A stretch of DNA of 64,000 bases, taken from positions 168,578-232,577 of the forward strand of contig CAMBIR010000001.1 in NCBI GenBank assembly GCA_945867665.1. The letters are read 5' to 3'. The notes beneath the pieces were generated by a model. It had not been told where the DNA came from, did not search any database, and was given only the letters and a program-made list of their open reading frames with translations. The position numbers and the translations under genes were made by a program. The DNA is from an uncultured Bacillota bacterium (lineage in GTDB: Bacteria; Bacillota_I; Bacilli_A; RF39; UBA660). Position 1 is the stretch's first letter, and the number at the start of each line of letters is the position of its first letter. Positions 31,219 through 41,903 of this stretch are shown here, piece after piece.

Positions 31219-32760
31219 TTAATATCCTCGATGGATATGATCAATTATCATTTTTATAACAAGCCATATGGAAAGAAGAATAATAAAATATAATATTACA
31301 CTTCTAATTTGATTATTTTCTTGAAGACTATAGGCTAAAATTAGACTGGCATCAATTAGGCCAATAATGAATTCATGAAGCAAATTTTCTAGTTTATCTA
31401 CTTGATTGGTAGAAGCAGACATTTCGACTTTGACTTTTCCCTCACCTTGATTAAAATATTTTAAAAATTGACTTGCCTCATTGGGAAGATTAAGCATACT
31501 TTTAGTACTTTTCGTAACTTGTTTTACTCCCTCTATTACTTTAGATGCGTCTACTACTATTTCTTCTTTTAAAACATAATTCATCATAACTTCAATTAAA
31601 TTGAGATTTGGGTTTAAAATTTCTAAAGTAGCTTCAATTACACATATTCCGCGAATTAACATGGTAATTGAGGAATGTAATTTTAAAAAGTTAGCATTTA
31701 GCATTTTAAACATACTAGAAATAAATTTAGCGGTGTTAATTTCTTTTAAATCTTGATTAGCATATTCGGTTAAGATAGTGGAAACATCTTTGGTTAATTT
31801 TGTCATATCTACTTCTTTGGTTGGCGTAGATAAAATAACTAGAATTCTACTTACTTCATAATAGTCCTCATCCACAATACTTCTGATGCATTTTTTTAAT
31901 AGATTTCTTTCGTTTTTTGATAAAACGCCAACCATACCTAAATCAATATAAGTAATTTTATTTTCTCGAATTAAAATATTATCTGGGTGTGGATCAGCAT
32001 GGAAGAAGCCATCAATTAAGGCTTGTTTCATATAATTATTACTTAGGGCTGTAGCAATTTCTTCTAAATGATATCCCTTCTCTTTTAGAAGAGTGATATT
32101 ATTAATTTTAATTCCTTCAATATATTCCATCACTAGAACTTGTTTGGTACAATATTCTTGATAAACTAATGGGACATCAATTGCAGGATTATCTAAATTA
32201 AGACTTCTAAATTTTAATAGGTGTTCACATTCTACTAAGAGATTACTTTCTTCTTTAGCAACAATTAACATTTCATCTAATACGGCATTTAAGTCCATCA
32301 CTTTGATTAGATGATTAAGATGGAAAAATTGAATTAATTTTTTTGATAATTGGACATCCATTTCCATTTGTTCATAAACATGAGGTCTACAGACTTTAAT
32401 AATTACTTTTTTCCCATTTTTTAAGGTGGCTAAGTGAACTTGGGCAATGGAGGCTGAGCCAATACAGGCATCAATTGAAGTAAAAACATCATCAATATTA
32501 TCATAATTTTGTTTTAAAATACTTATGATTTCTTCTTTTTCTAAGTTAGATGTGTTCGCTCTTAATTTGGATAATTCTAGACAATAATCATTTGGAATTA
32601 AATCAATTCTAGTAGATAAAATTTGTCCTAATTTAATGAAAGTTGGACCTAATTCTTCTAGAATAGATTTTGCTTTAATGGGAGTAAGACCTTTCTTTAG
32701 GTCATATTTAAGTAAAATTTTTTTCATTTCTTCTAAGCGCTTTAATTCATTTTTATTCAT
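31219..32760 (-). CDS. AarF/ABC1/UbiB atypical kinase
   Basis: LGPTFIKLGQ, SASIAQVH, IIKV, FFHADPHPDN, DLGM; two C-terminal TM helices. Confidence 0.92.
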   Translation of the reverse strand: MNKNELKRLEEMKKILLKYDLKKGLTPIKAKSILEELGPTFIKLGQILSTRIDLIPNDYCLELSKLRANTSNLEKEEIISILKQNYDNIDDVFTSIDACIGSASIAQVHLATLKNGKKVIIKVCRPHVYEQMEMDVQLSKKLIQFFHLNHLIKVMDLNAVLDEMLIVAKEESNLLVECEHLLKFRSLNLDNPAIDVPLVYQEYCTKQVLVMEYIEGIKINNITLLKEKGYHLEEIATALSNNYMKQALIDGFFHADPHPDNILIRENKITYIDLGMVGVLSKNERNLLKKCIRSIVDEDYYEVSRILVILSTPTKEVDMTKLTKDVSTILTEYANQDLKEINTAKFISSMFKMLNANFLKLHSSITMLIRGICVIEATLEILNPNLNLIEVMMNYVLKEEIVVDASKVIEGVKQVTKSTKSMLNLPNEASQFLKYFNQGEGKVKVEMSASTNQVDKLENLLHEFIIGLIDASLILAYSLQENNQIRSVILYFIILLSIWLVIKMIIDHIHRGY

Positions 32761-32828
32761 TACTTTTCCTCACCTACTTTATATTAGCATCATAGCATTT
32801 TCAGTATTTTTTGTCAATGGAACTGACG

Positions 32829-33305
32829 CTACTTCCGGGATGTGCTTTTGGTCTTTTTCAAAGCTGGTTTCAGTCTATTAACACCTCTTATTAAATCTGT
32901 GATAATCCCTAAAGTGAAAAAAAGTAATCCAGCTAGTAATGGCATTAGTTCTATTAATATTGAAAACTCAAAATTAATAATTGACTTACTAACAAAAAAA
33001 TAGTAATAAAATAAGAATATACTTCTAATGATAATTAAAATAACTGTTATTTTTTTCTCGATTTTCAAAAGAAATCTTTTTTGCTAAAGGCCAAAAGATG
33101 AATGCTATGATACAAAAAGATGTCAGTGTTAATTTTATTATTTCTATAGGAATAAATATAAATAACGCCAAAAAAGCAATCATTACCATTAATATTTTTA
33201 ATTTTTTTCTTAAATGTAAGTCTCTTTGGTACGACAAATCTGCTTATGAATTGCTAGTATTTTTTTAGAAAGCCACTCTGCTATTGAATTAAGTATTTTA
33301 TTCAA
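32829..33305 (-). pseudogene. Frameshifted membrane-protein gene in three fragments
   Basis: TTG start at 33305 after GAGGGG gives MNKILNSIAEWLSKK... and stops after about 31 codons; hydrophobic coding continues in two overlapping ORFs in other frames (33025..33237, 32829..33068). Confidence 0.5.
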
Positions 33306-33451
33306 GTTAAACCCCTCACTACTCTTTCTATTCTTACTCAAGTAAGTATAACATATGTCTTTTAAAATATATACTCTTTTTCTAAAATTAGGTATCCACC
33401 ATAGTAACTTTTGATTATCATTAATATACTATTACTAGGTAGGTGATAGAA

Positions 33452-33580
33452 ATGTACGGATATGGATATGGTGGTGGCAATTGGTTTTGGATTATTATTA
33501 TTGTTTTAATTATTTTCTTTATTTTATTCTGGGGTAATGGTTATAATAACAGAGGACAGGGACCAAACTGCTGTCATTAA
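33452..33580 (+). CDS. YjcZ/SscA-like small sporulation membrane peptide (42 aa)
   Basis: Missing from ORF track: MYGYGYGGGNWFWIIIIVLIIFFILFWGNGYNNRGQGPNCCH; AGGTAGGTGA RBS; followed by a terminator. Confidence 0.75.
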   Translation: MYGYGYGGGNWFWIIIIVLIIFFILFWGNGYNNRGQGPNCCH

Positions 33581-33616
33581 AAGAAGAGACACTTGATAAA
33601 AAAGTGCCTCTTTTCT
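33581..33616. terminator. Bidirectional intrinsic terminator
   Basis: GAAGAGACACTT-loop-AAGTGCCTCTTTTC between convergent genes. Confidence 0.65.
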
Positions 33617-35446
33617 TTAGAAATTATGCTTGCTAAAATATTTGTCTCGATCTAGGGTATGTCCCCATTTCTTTTTCATATATTCTTGTTCTTTTTTGAA
33701 TCTCTCTTGTTTATCTTTGCTTGCTTCATATCCCCGACTTTTACTTTCATAATGCATTACTTCTACATTTGACAGGCATACATTATAGTATCCTTGGTTT
33801 AATATTTTTAAATTTAAATCAACATCGTTTAAAGCGACTTTTAAGTCTTCGTCAAAACCTTTAACTTGTAAAAATTTTTCTTTTTTTATCATGAGACATG
33901 CAGCAGTTACAGCGGTATAGTTATAAGGCATAACTAATCTTCCAAATAATCCGTTGTCCTGATAACTATTTGCAACATAAATATGTCCTGCAACGCCACC
34001 AAAGCCTAAAACAACGCCGGCATGTTGAACTAGTTTATCTGGATATAATAATTTGACTCCAACGCAACCAACATGTTCTTGAGCCGCATACCCTACCATC
34101 CACTCTAGTGTATCTTCTTGAATGATTTTGGTATCATTGTTTAAAAAAAGTAAATATTCTCCCTTAGCGTGTTTAACGCCTTCATTATTTAGGGCTGAAT
34201 AATTAAATTCCTTACTATCACGAATTACTTTAAAATTTTTCTTTTTTTGATATTCTAAAAATAAATCCTTAGTTTCTTTTTCGCAGCTACCATTATCAAT
34301 TACAATTATTTCAAAGTTTGAATAAGTATTTTTTTGATATAAAGATTCGAAGCACCTTCTACTTATTTTTGCCTGGTCCCTCATGGGGATGATAATACTT
34401 ATTAATGGTTTATTTGTCCAGTATTTTACTAAATAAGTACTTACTCTTTTATTATCGATAACTTCTCCTTTGATTTCTCTTCTCTTTAAACTATCTTCTA
34501 AGGCTTTTTTTCCAGCAAGATAAGCATAACTTTTATTTCCTAAATATCCTGCTGTTGAGGTAGCTGTTTGACGCCAGTGGTATAAAACTTTTTCAATATG
34601 ATAAATTTCTTTTGTTTTTTCCGTTATCCGAAGGAAAAGGTCGTAGTCTTGACTGCCATCATAAGCCTTTCTAAAGCCACCTATTTTTCTGACTAAGCTT
34701 GTTCTTAGGACACATAGATGACAGATATAATTCACTCCCATTAGGGTATCTGGAGAGTAATCTGGTTTGAAGTGAGGTTCCATATAATTTCCCTTAAAGT
34801 CGATTTTGTCTTCATCACTATAAATCATATCCAGTTTTTTATTTTGGTTTAGAGCCTCTACAACGTAATATAAACTATCTTTTTCAATAGTATCATCGTT
34901 ATCAATTAAGGCGATAAATTCTCCTTTAGCAAGAGAAATTGCGGTATTAGAAGCCTCACTGATGTGCCCATTTTTTTTGCGATAAGTAACATGAATTTGG
35001 TCGTATTTTTGTTCATATTCTTTTAATACTTCGATAGTCTCTTCTAGGGTAGAATGGTCATCACTAATACATATCTCAAAGTTATCGTAACTTTGGTTTA
35101 GTAGGCTATCTAAGCATTCTTTTAATAGGGGCTTTGAAACGTTATAAGTTGGAACAATAAAACTAATTAAGGGGCGATATTTTAATTCTTTTCTTTCTAT
35201 ATTTTTTCTTTGTTCTTCTAAATATTTTAAATATGAAGATTGATTTAAAAATAAATTAGAAACTCCCCCTCCTCTTTTTAGGGCAACAAAAAATGATTTT
35301 AAATATTGCTTCATAATCCGAGGTGGGATTAAAAAGTGATGACGATACCAAGCAAAATAGATGGCTTTTTTACTTAAATATAAAAATTTTTCTATTTTTG
35401 AAAAAAATTTTCTTTGTAAAAAACTTTGTTTCTTTTTTTCTTCCAT
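33617..35446 (-). CDS. Glycosyltransferase family 2, two GT-A domains
   Basis: ISFIVPTYN...DDHS...DNDD...GSQDYD and ISIIIPMRD...DNGS...FLNND...AVTAAC...NDVD. Confidence 0.9.
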   Translation of the reverse strand: MEEKKKQSFLQRKFFSKIEKFLYLSKKAIYFAWYRHHFLIPPRIMKQYLKSFFVALKRGGGVSNLFLNQSSYLKYLEEQRKNIERKELKYRPLISFIVPTYNVSKPLLKECLDSLLNQSYDNFEICISDDHSTLEETIEVLKEYEQKYDQIHVTYRKKNGHISEASNTAISLAKGEFIALIDNDDTIEKDSLYYVVEALNQNKKLDMIYSDEDKIDFKGNYMEPHFKPDYSPDTLMGVNYICHLCVLRTSLVRKIGGFRKAYDGSQDYDLFLRITEKTKEIYHIEKVLYHWRQTATSTAGYLGNKSYAYLAGKKALEDSLKRREIKGEVIDNKRVSTYLVKYWTNKPLISIIIPMRDQAKISRRCFESLYQKNTYSNFEIIVIDNGSCEKETKDLFLEYQKKKNFKVIRDSKEFNYSALNNEGVKHAKGEYLLFLNNDTKIIQEDTLEWMVGYAAQEHVGCVGVKLLYPDKLVQHAGVVLGFGGVAGHIYVANSYQDNGLFGRLVMPYNYTAVTAACLMIKKEKFLQVKGFDEDLKVALNDVDLNLKILNQGYYNVCLSNVEVMHYESKSRGYEASKDKQERFKKEQEYMKKKWGHTLDRDKYFSKHNF

Positions 35447-35457
35447 AACAATCCCTC

Positions 35458-36600
35458 TTATTTCATTATTTTTTGATAACTTTCTACAATTTTATCCCAA
35501 GTAAAGTTTTCCTTAATATGTTTTTTTGCTTTAGGAGAAAGTTCTTTTTTCTTATCATTTAGTAATTTTGTATCATTTAATATTTTGGTTAGACTATTTT
35601 TTTCTTTAAAGTAAAGGGCATTATCCTCTCCGATATCATGGTTAAAGCAAACATCATATAAAATATTTAAATCAGTTAAGGATAGGGCCTCTATTAAGCT
35701 AGGATTCGTTCCGCCTACGGAATGTCCATGGATATAGAGATATGCATTTTTTCGAATGGTTGCCAGTTTAATTTGGTCATATACTCCATCAATAAAAATA
35801 ATTCTTTCATCACGCGCACATCCTGTTATTTTTAATAGCTCAGCGTAATAATTACTACTACTTAGATTGGTAATAATCACCAATTTTTTCTTGATTTTAC
35901 TCTTCATAAATTCTTCTATTACCAACTCATAATTATTCTCAGGAACGCATCTTCCTACCATTAAAAGATAGTCATCTTTTTTTAAGTGATATTCTTTTAA
36001 AATTTTTTCTTCATCAATTTTGGTAAAATCATAAAAATTGGTTCCATAGGCAATGTATGTTGTTTTTGTATTTTTATACTTTTTTTGAATATATGCCTCA
36101 ATGCCTAGGCCATCACAGATAACTAAATCGGCATTTCTTATCATCGACCACTCGGATAGCAAAAAGCACCACTGAATGATTTTGTTCCACTTACTTCTTA
36201 AGTGTTCTAAGCCATCAGGATTGATATAAATTTTGATTTGGTATTTTTTTCTTAGGCTATGATTAAACGCTAGTAAGGGTCCTAATTTTAGACCTAGAAT
36301 ATAAATATATGCATTCATTATTTTATTTTTTTTAATATAACTAAGCGTACTTAAATAGGACTTTATGGTATAAAAAAACATTTTAGCACTACTATTTGTC
36401 TTGGTATAAAAATAATAAATAAATAAATGATTATTTATTTTTTTTAAAGTTTTATCTTTTTTCTTATCGCAAGTTAGCTCTCCTACATAAATTGTGGTAT
36501 CCTCATCGTGATAGTGGTCAACTAGATTGGTAACGAAAGTTTCCCAACCTCCATATTTGGCTTGGTAGCCTCTTGAACCTAAAATAAAGATATTCTTCAT
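35458..36600 (-). CDS. GT4 glycosyltransferase with DUF1972 (RgpA/WchF/Cps2T-like rhamnosyltransferase)
   Basis: GSRGY..KYGGWETF, NPDGLE, GRCVPENN, HGHSVGGTNPSLIEAL. Confidence 0.88.
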   Translation of the reverse strand: MKNIFILGSRGYQAKYGGWETFVTNLVDHYHDEDTTIYVGELTCDKKKDKTLKKINNHLFIYYFYTKTNSSAKMFFYTIKSYLSTLSYIKKNKIMNAYIYILGLKLGPLLAFNHSLRKKYQIKIYINPDGLEHLRSKWNKIIQWCFLLSEWSMIRNADLVICDGLGIEAYIQKKYKNTKTTYIAYGTNFYDFTKIDEEKILKEYHLKKDDYLLMVGRCVPENNYELVIEEFMKSKIKKKLVIITNLSSSNYYAELLKITGCARDERIIFIDGVYDQIKLATIRKNAYLYIHGHSVGGTNPSLIEALSLTDLNILYDVCFNHDIGEDNALYFKEKNSLTKILNDTKLLNDKKKELSPKAKKHIKENFTWDKIVESYQKIMK

Positions 36601-36720
36601 GTTTTTCCTTCTTTCTAGATAATACTTAAGTTAATTATATCAAAAAAAAAGAGAATCTTCTATACTATTTTTCTCGTATTATTCTTTTTTTATGTTTTTT
36701 AAATAAAAAAGAAAGAAACA

Positions 36721-38871
36721 TTATTTTGAATCTTTCTTGCTATTTTTTAAAAGTACTTCTTTTCTAGATAAATTTAGTTTTCCCTTTTTGTCATATCCGG
36801 TTGCGATAGCGATGACTTCGTCCCCTACTTTTAAGATGTCGCTTACTTTATCAATTCGTTTGGTATCTAGTTGGGAGATATGAATTAAGCCTTCACAACC
36901 CGGCCATAACTCAACAAAGGCGCCAAATTCTTGAATAGATACCACTTTGCAAGTATATGTTTTGCCAATTTCTACTTCTTTTACAATATCTTCAATCATG
37001 GCTATGGTCTTTTTAATAATTTCTTGATTATTATGGTAGACGATTACTCTACCATCATCTTCTAAATCTACTTTAACCGCATCTTTATCTTGAACAGTTT
37101 TAACATTAGAAGCTTCTAGGATTATCTTGGTTATCATTTCACCACCACGACCAATAACATCTTTAATCTTTTCGGGATTGATTTGAATGGTTTCTATTTT
37201 AGGGGCATATTTAGATAATTCTTTTCTTGGAGTTGGAATAACACTTTCCATTAAGTCTAAAATTTGCATTCTTGCCTTTTTTGCTTGCGACAAAGCTTCA
37301 CTTAAAATTTCTCGGCTAACGCCTTTTATCTTAATATCCATTTGCATCGCACAAATTCCATTTCTCGTTCCTGCTACTTTAAAGTCCATGTCTCCCATAT
37401 GGTCTTCTAATCCTTGGATATCCGTTAAGATTGTATATTTGTCACCTTTTGTGATTAGTCCCATTGCGATTCCAGCTACTGGGGCTTTAATTGGAACGCC
37501 TGCTGCCATTAGTGATAAGCAACCAGCACAAATGGATGCTTGAGAGGAAGAACCATTACTTTCTAAGACTTCACTAACGACACGAATGGTATAAGGGAAT
37601 TCTTCTTCGCTGGGAATGACTTGTGATAATGCTCTTTCTCCTAGAGCACCGTGGCCAATTTCCCTTCGACCAGGGGCACCATATCTTCCTGTTTCTCCGA
37701 CAGAAAATGAAGGAAAATTGTAGTGATGCATAAACCGTTTTTCTTCTTCTATTCCTAGTCCATCTAAGATTTGATGTTCCCCTAGGGCACCTAGAGTTGT
37801 TGTAGATAAAACTTGGGTTTGACCTCTGGTGAATAGTCCTGAGCCATGCGTTCTTGGTAAGATATCAATTCTAGCAGATAATGGTCTTATCTCATCCATT
37901 TTTCTTCCGTCAGGGCGAATATGTTCTTCTGTAATCAGTCTTCTTACTTCTTCTGCTTCAATATTATCTACGATTTTTTTGACGTCGCTAGTAATTTTTT
38001 CTTTGTTTTCTTCATCTTGATATTTTTCTTTAAAGAAAGTGATGGTCTCTTCTTTTACAGAATCAATAGCGGCGTATTTTTCTAGTTTATCTTTAATTTG
38101 AATAGCAGCACACATTTTTTCTTTGGCATACTCTTCTACTTCTTGAACCAATTCTTTATTTAACTCGGCCAAAACGACTTCTATTTTTTCCTTGCCAACA
38201 CACTCAATAATTTCTTCTTGGAAAGCTACTAATTTTTTGATGGCTTCATGTCCTGCCATAATGGCTTCTATCATTAATTCTTCGGATACTTCATGAGAGC
38301 CAGACTCTACCATATTAATTGCATCTTTCGTTCCTGCTACTGATAGGTTGATATCACTTTTTTCTAGTTCAGTAACGCTAGGGTTGATGATAAACTTGCC
38401 ATCAACATGCCCAACTACTACTCCAGCAACTGGTCCATCAAAAGGAATATTACTAATAGATAAACATAATGATGAACCAAAAAGGGCTGTCATTTCTGGT
38501 GTACAATCTTGGTCTACAGATAAAACGGTATTAATGACTTGAACTTCATTTCTAAATCCTTCTTTAAATAAAGGACGAATGGGACGGTCAATTAATCTAG
38601 CAGCCAAAATGGCTTGTTCTGTCGGCCTTCCTTCTCTTTTAATAAATCCTCCAGGAATTTTTCCTACTGAATAGAATTTTTCTTGATAATTAATCGTTAA
38701 AGGAAAGAAATCTGCAGTTGTGGCATTATTACTCATGACACAGGCTGAGAGAATTACTGTGTCGTCATAACGAACTAGACAGGCTGCATTTGCTTGTTTG
38801 GCTAGTTCCCCTATTTCAACGGTAATTTTTCTTGTTCCTAAAACGAATTCAAATACTTTTTTTTCTTCCAT
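36721..38871 (-). CDS. pnp: Polyribonucleotide nucleotidyltransferase
   Basis: [47 protein letters not shown]; KH and S1 domains. Confidence 0.98.
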   Translation of the reverse strand: MEEKKVFEFVLGTRKITVEIGELAKQANAACLVRYDDTVILSACVMSNNATTADFFPLTINYQEKFYSVGKIPGGFIKREGRPTEQAILAARLIDRPIRPLFKEGFRNEVQVINTVLSVDQDCTPEMTALFGSSLCLSISNIPFDGPVAGVVVGHVDGKFIINPSVTELEKSDINLSVAGTKDAINMVESGSHEVSEELMIEAIMAGHEAIKKLVAFQEEIIECVGKEKIEVVLAELNKELVQEVEEYAKEKMCAAIQIKDKLEKYAAIDSVKEETITFFKEKYQDEENKEKITSDVKKIVDNIEAEEVRRLITEEHIRPDGRKMDEIRPLSARIDILPRTHGSGLFTRGQTQVLSTTTLGALGEHQILDGLGIEEEKRFMHHYNFPSFSVGETGRYGAPGRREIGHGALGERALSQVIPSEEEFPYTIRVVSEVLESNGSSSQASICAGCLSLMAAGVPIKAPVAGIAMGLITKGDKYTILTDIQGLEDHMGDMDFKVAGTRNGICAMQMDIKIKGVSREILSEALSQAKKARMQILDLMESVIPTPRKELSKYAPKIETIQINPEKIKDVIGRGGEMITKIILEASNVKTVQDKDAVKVDLEDDGRVIVYHNNQEIIKKTIAMIEDIVKEVEIGKTYTCKVVSIQEFGAFVELWPGCEGLIHISQLDTKRIDKVSDILKVGDEVIAIATGYDKKGKLNLSRKEVLLKNSKKDSK

Positions 38872-38924
38872 AACTAAATCCTTCCTAAAATAAAGACACT
38901 CTTTTTCTGGAGTGCCTACATTTT

Positions 38925-39194
38925 TTACTTTCTTAAGCCTAATTTGCTAACAACAGCACGATATCTTTTAACGTCAGTTTTTACAAGATAGTCAAGTAAA
39001 CTTCTTCTTTTTCCAACTTTCATTAAAAGTCCTCTTTTAGAGTGTTTATCTTGCTTATTGTTTTTTAAGTGTTCTGTTAAAGCTTCAATTTCCTTTGTTA
39101 AAATAGCAATTTGAACTTCTGGAGAACCAGTATCTTTTTCATCTCTTGCAAATTCTTTAATAATATTTTGCTTTACTTCTTTTGTTAATGCCAT
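38925..39194 (-). CDS. rpsO: 30S ribosomal protein S15
   Basis: [33 protein letters not shown]. Confidence 0.98.
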   Translation of the reverse strand: MALTKEVKQNIIKEFARDEKDTGSPEVQIAILTKEIEALTEHLKNNKQDKHSKRGLLMKVGKRRSLLDYLVKTDVKRYRAVVSKLGLRK

Positions 39195-39305
39195 GTCTTT
39201 TCCTCCTTATATTAGATTACACCGATTACTTAGAAAGTGTTTAGAGGTACAGATTTCCAAGTAATGGAACAATTTAATTGTAATATAAATTGAAAAATAT
39301 TGCAA
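39195..39305 (-). promoter_or_regulatory. rpsO promoter and structured 5' leader (probable S15 autoregulatory site)
   Basis: TTGCAA, 17 bp, TACAAT; 12-bp stem ATTACTTGGAAA/TTTCTAAGTAAT (39265-39225) upstream of the AAGGAGG RBS, in the position of Firmicutes S15 leaders. Confidence 0.55.
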
Positions 39306-39391
39306 GGTATTTTGTAAAAAATACTTCTAATTCTGGATTCTTTGGGTAAAATTTTATCCTAGAGTAATTTTTTAATTAATTTTTATCTCTT

Positions 39392-40411
39392 CTATTGTTC
39401 TTGAATTTTTCCCTCTAATAAGTTTTTATAGAGTTTTACTAACTTCTCTCCTACTATTTTGCTATCTTTTTGAATGGCTTTTTGGTAGCCTACTTCTTGT
39501 AAACTAGGTAATTCTCCTTGAAGTATTTTTCGTATCTTAACTTCAAATTCATCAAGTGTTTTGGCTTTATAGACTTCTTTATCGGTAATAAACTCTTCAA
39601 AGACAGGAATATCTCTTACTAAAGTTTTGGTTTTAGCGGCTAATGCTTCTAGAATAGGAATACCTTCGGTTTCTTCTAGGGTTGGAAAAAGGTAAAGGTC
39701 AGCTCCACTGTAGGCTTTTCTTAAGAATTCTTGTTCGACGTATCCGGCAAAGATCAAATTATCTAACTTGGTGGTTACAGCTTTTTTGATTTCTTTAGGA
39801 ACTAATTTTAAATCGAGGTAGCCAAACCATATAAACTTATACTCTGGCATTCTTTTGGCTAATTCGACAAAGTCTAAGATACCTTTTCTTTTTAAATATA
39901 GTCCTACTCCCATGATGACTTTATCATTTTCTTGATAATGATATTTGTTTCGAAATTCTTCACGATATTTATCGCTATGCTTAAAAAAGTCAGCGTGAAT
40001 TCCATTTGAAATAACATAGATTGGTTTATTTAAATGATAATTTGTTAAAAGTCGCTTGGAATATTCGGTTGGTGTAATAATAATATCTCCTAGGCGATAG
40101 CATTTGCATATCCACCACTTAAAAATTGGGGCGATTTGGTTGGAAAAAAGAAAGGAATTTCTAAAATCTTCTTCGGTTGAATGGGCATGGTAAACTATCT
40201 TTTTTCCCATTTTTTTGGCTTTTTTCGCTAAAGCATAACTTTTTAATAGATACCAGTTAATGTGAACGATATCAACGCTTTCTAATTCTTTAGAGTCGCA
40301 AGTATATTCAATGTGATTTTTTTCTAGGGCATTTATTTGATGCTCAACGGCTTTTCCTAGGCCAGATTTACCAACAGTTTTTAGGCCTTCGGTGTATAAT
40401 AATATTTTCAT
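39392..40411 (-). CDS. GT4 glycosyltransferase, probable glycolipid (diglucosyl-DAG) synthase
   Basis: SGLGKAVEHQ, HAHSTEEDFRNSF, RKGILDF, ETEGIPILEALA. Confidence 0.8.
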   Translation of the reverse strand: MKILLYTEGLKTVGKSGLGKAVEHQINALEKNHIEYTCDSKELESVDIVHINWYLLKSYALAKKAKKMGKKIVYHAHSTEEDFRNSFLFSNQIAPIFKWWICKCYRLGDIIITPTEYSKRLLTNYHLNKPIYVISNGIHADFFKHSDKYREEFRNKYHYQENDKVIMGVGLYLKRKGILDFVELAKRMPEYKFIWFGYLDLKLVPKEIKKAVTTKLDNLIFAGYVEQEFLRKAYSGADLYLFPTLEETEGIPILEALAAKTKTLVRDIPVFEEFITDKEVYKAKTLDEFEVKIRKILQGELPSLQEVGYQKAIQKDSKIVGEKLVKLYKNLLEGKIQEQ

Positions 40412-40668
40412 AGTCTCTCCTTTTTTTTGATTTTTTTACTTTAGATGGTTTAATTCATGACTTAATTAAATGTTATCATAAATAATCTAGAAAGCCAATA
40501 AAAATACATAATATTTTCTAGATATTGTGTATTTTATCTTTTTTATCATTTTTGCACAGTAACGGTAGAGCTACATTTATATCAATGTTCGAATAATTCT
40601 TTAATAGTGCAGTGCCATAGGGAACTACATCTTTTTTAGCGGATATATTATACAACCTCTAAATCTGA

Positions 40669-41734
40669 TTATAACACGTCTTTCCCAACAAATATATTAT
40701 AAATTTCGTTATATTTATAAGCTAATTTAGCATAACTTGAATCTGGAACTAATATTTGTAAATCAACTAATTGGTCAATTAAATTTGAAACTGTATTTCT
40801 TGAAACTCCAGATTCATCTTCTATTTCTTTTTTTTGTAAAAACAATTTGATGTAATATTGCTGGCATAATTCTAAATATGGCATTACTATTTAAACTTTT
40901 TACTTTTTCTAAATCTTTAGTGTATATTTTCTTTATTCTATTTATCTTTGCAATATAATTATTGCATTGTTCTATAATACATTATAGAAAAAATTTAATG
41001 AAACCTATCATATTACCATTTCTGTTCTCATTTAAAAATTTATGATAACTTGGTTTATATGATTCAATAACCTCTGATAAAAACAAGATTGGTTCATCAT
41101 TTGTTAAATATGCTAATTGTATAGGTATTAATGCTCTTCCAAGTCTACCATTACCATCTCTATATGCATGAATTGTTTCAAATTGAGAATGTGAAATAGC
41201 TAAATTAATAAACAAGGGATCAATATATTTATCATTCATATAATTAAATAAATTGTCTAGCAATAATGGTACTTCTTCTGGAAGAGGTGGAATGAATATT
41301 GCTTCTTCAATTGAACATCTCTTTGGACCAATCCAATTTTGAATTGTGCGAATTTTTCCTGGTTCTTTTTTATTGCCCCTAACACTATTTAATAATATTT
41401 TATGAATATCGTAGTAAACATTAAATTGAGATTATTATTTTTTATATACTCTTTAGGGTATGATATAACTTCTTTTAGGTTTTCAATTTCACTTTTATCA
41501 TCATTATTAGCCATATATTTTAAAAAGTACATTTATTTATGTTCCTTCTATTTGCGTAGATTTTAAACTTTCACTAAGTATTATTGAATCTAAAAAGTAT
41601 TTAGAATTAAATTCAATATTTTTTATAAGCGATTTATATTCCCCATACTTCTCGTTTGATTCAGCAAGTAATCTTAATAATTCTTTATCAGAATTATACT
41701 CTATAGGAAGTTTTTTCACTTTTATTGGTTCCAT
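40669..41734 (-). pseudogene. Fic family protein (Fic_N/DUF4172 + Fic + C-terminal HTH), degraded
   Basis: STQIEGT ends in TAA; ...GKIRTIQNWIG...FIPP...QFETIHAYRDGNGRLGR; a second TAA at 40984-82; HTH ESGVSRNTVSNLI in a further fragment. At least two nonsense codons plus frameshifts. Confidence 0.85.
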
Positions 41735-41780
41735 TCTCATCACCTAATATTATTATATATTTTTTTATATTTTTACAGCA

Positions 41781-41862
41781 AAAATGCACAATATTTTTTA
41801 ATTATTGTGCATTTTATATGATTTTTGATATCATTATACCCATTTATTTTATTGTGCATTTT
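41781..41862. repeat. Three copies of 13-mer TATTGTGCATTTT (one inverted)
   Basis: Inverted copy 41781-41793; direct copies 41803-41815 and 41850-41862. Confidence 0.7.
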
Positions 41863-41903
41863 TATAAGAAAGAACTTTAAAAAAAGTTCAAATTATTCTT
41901 TAA

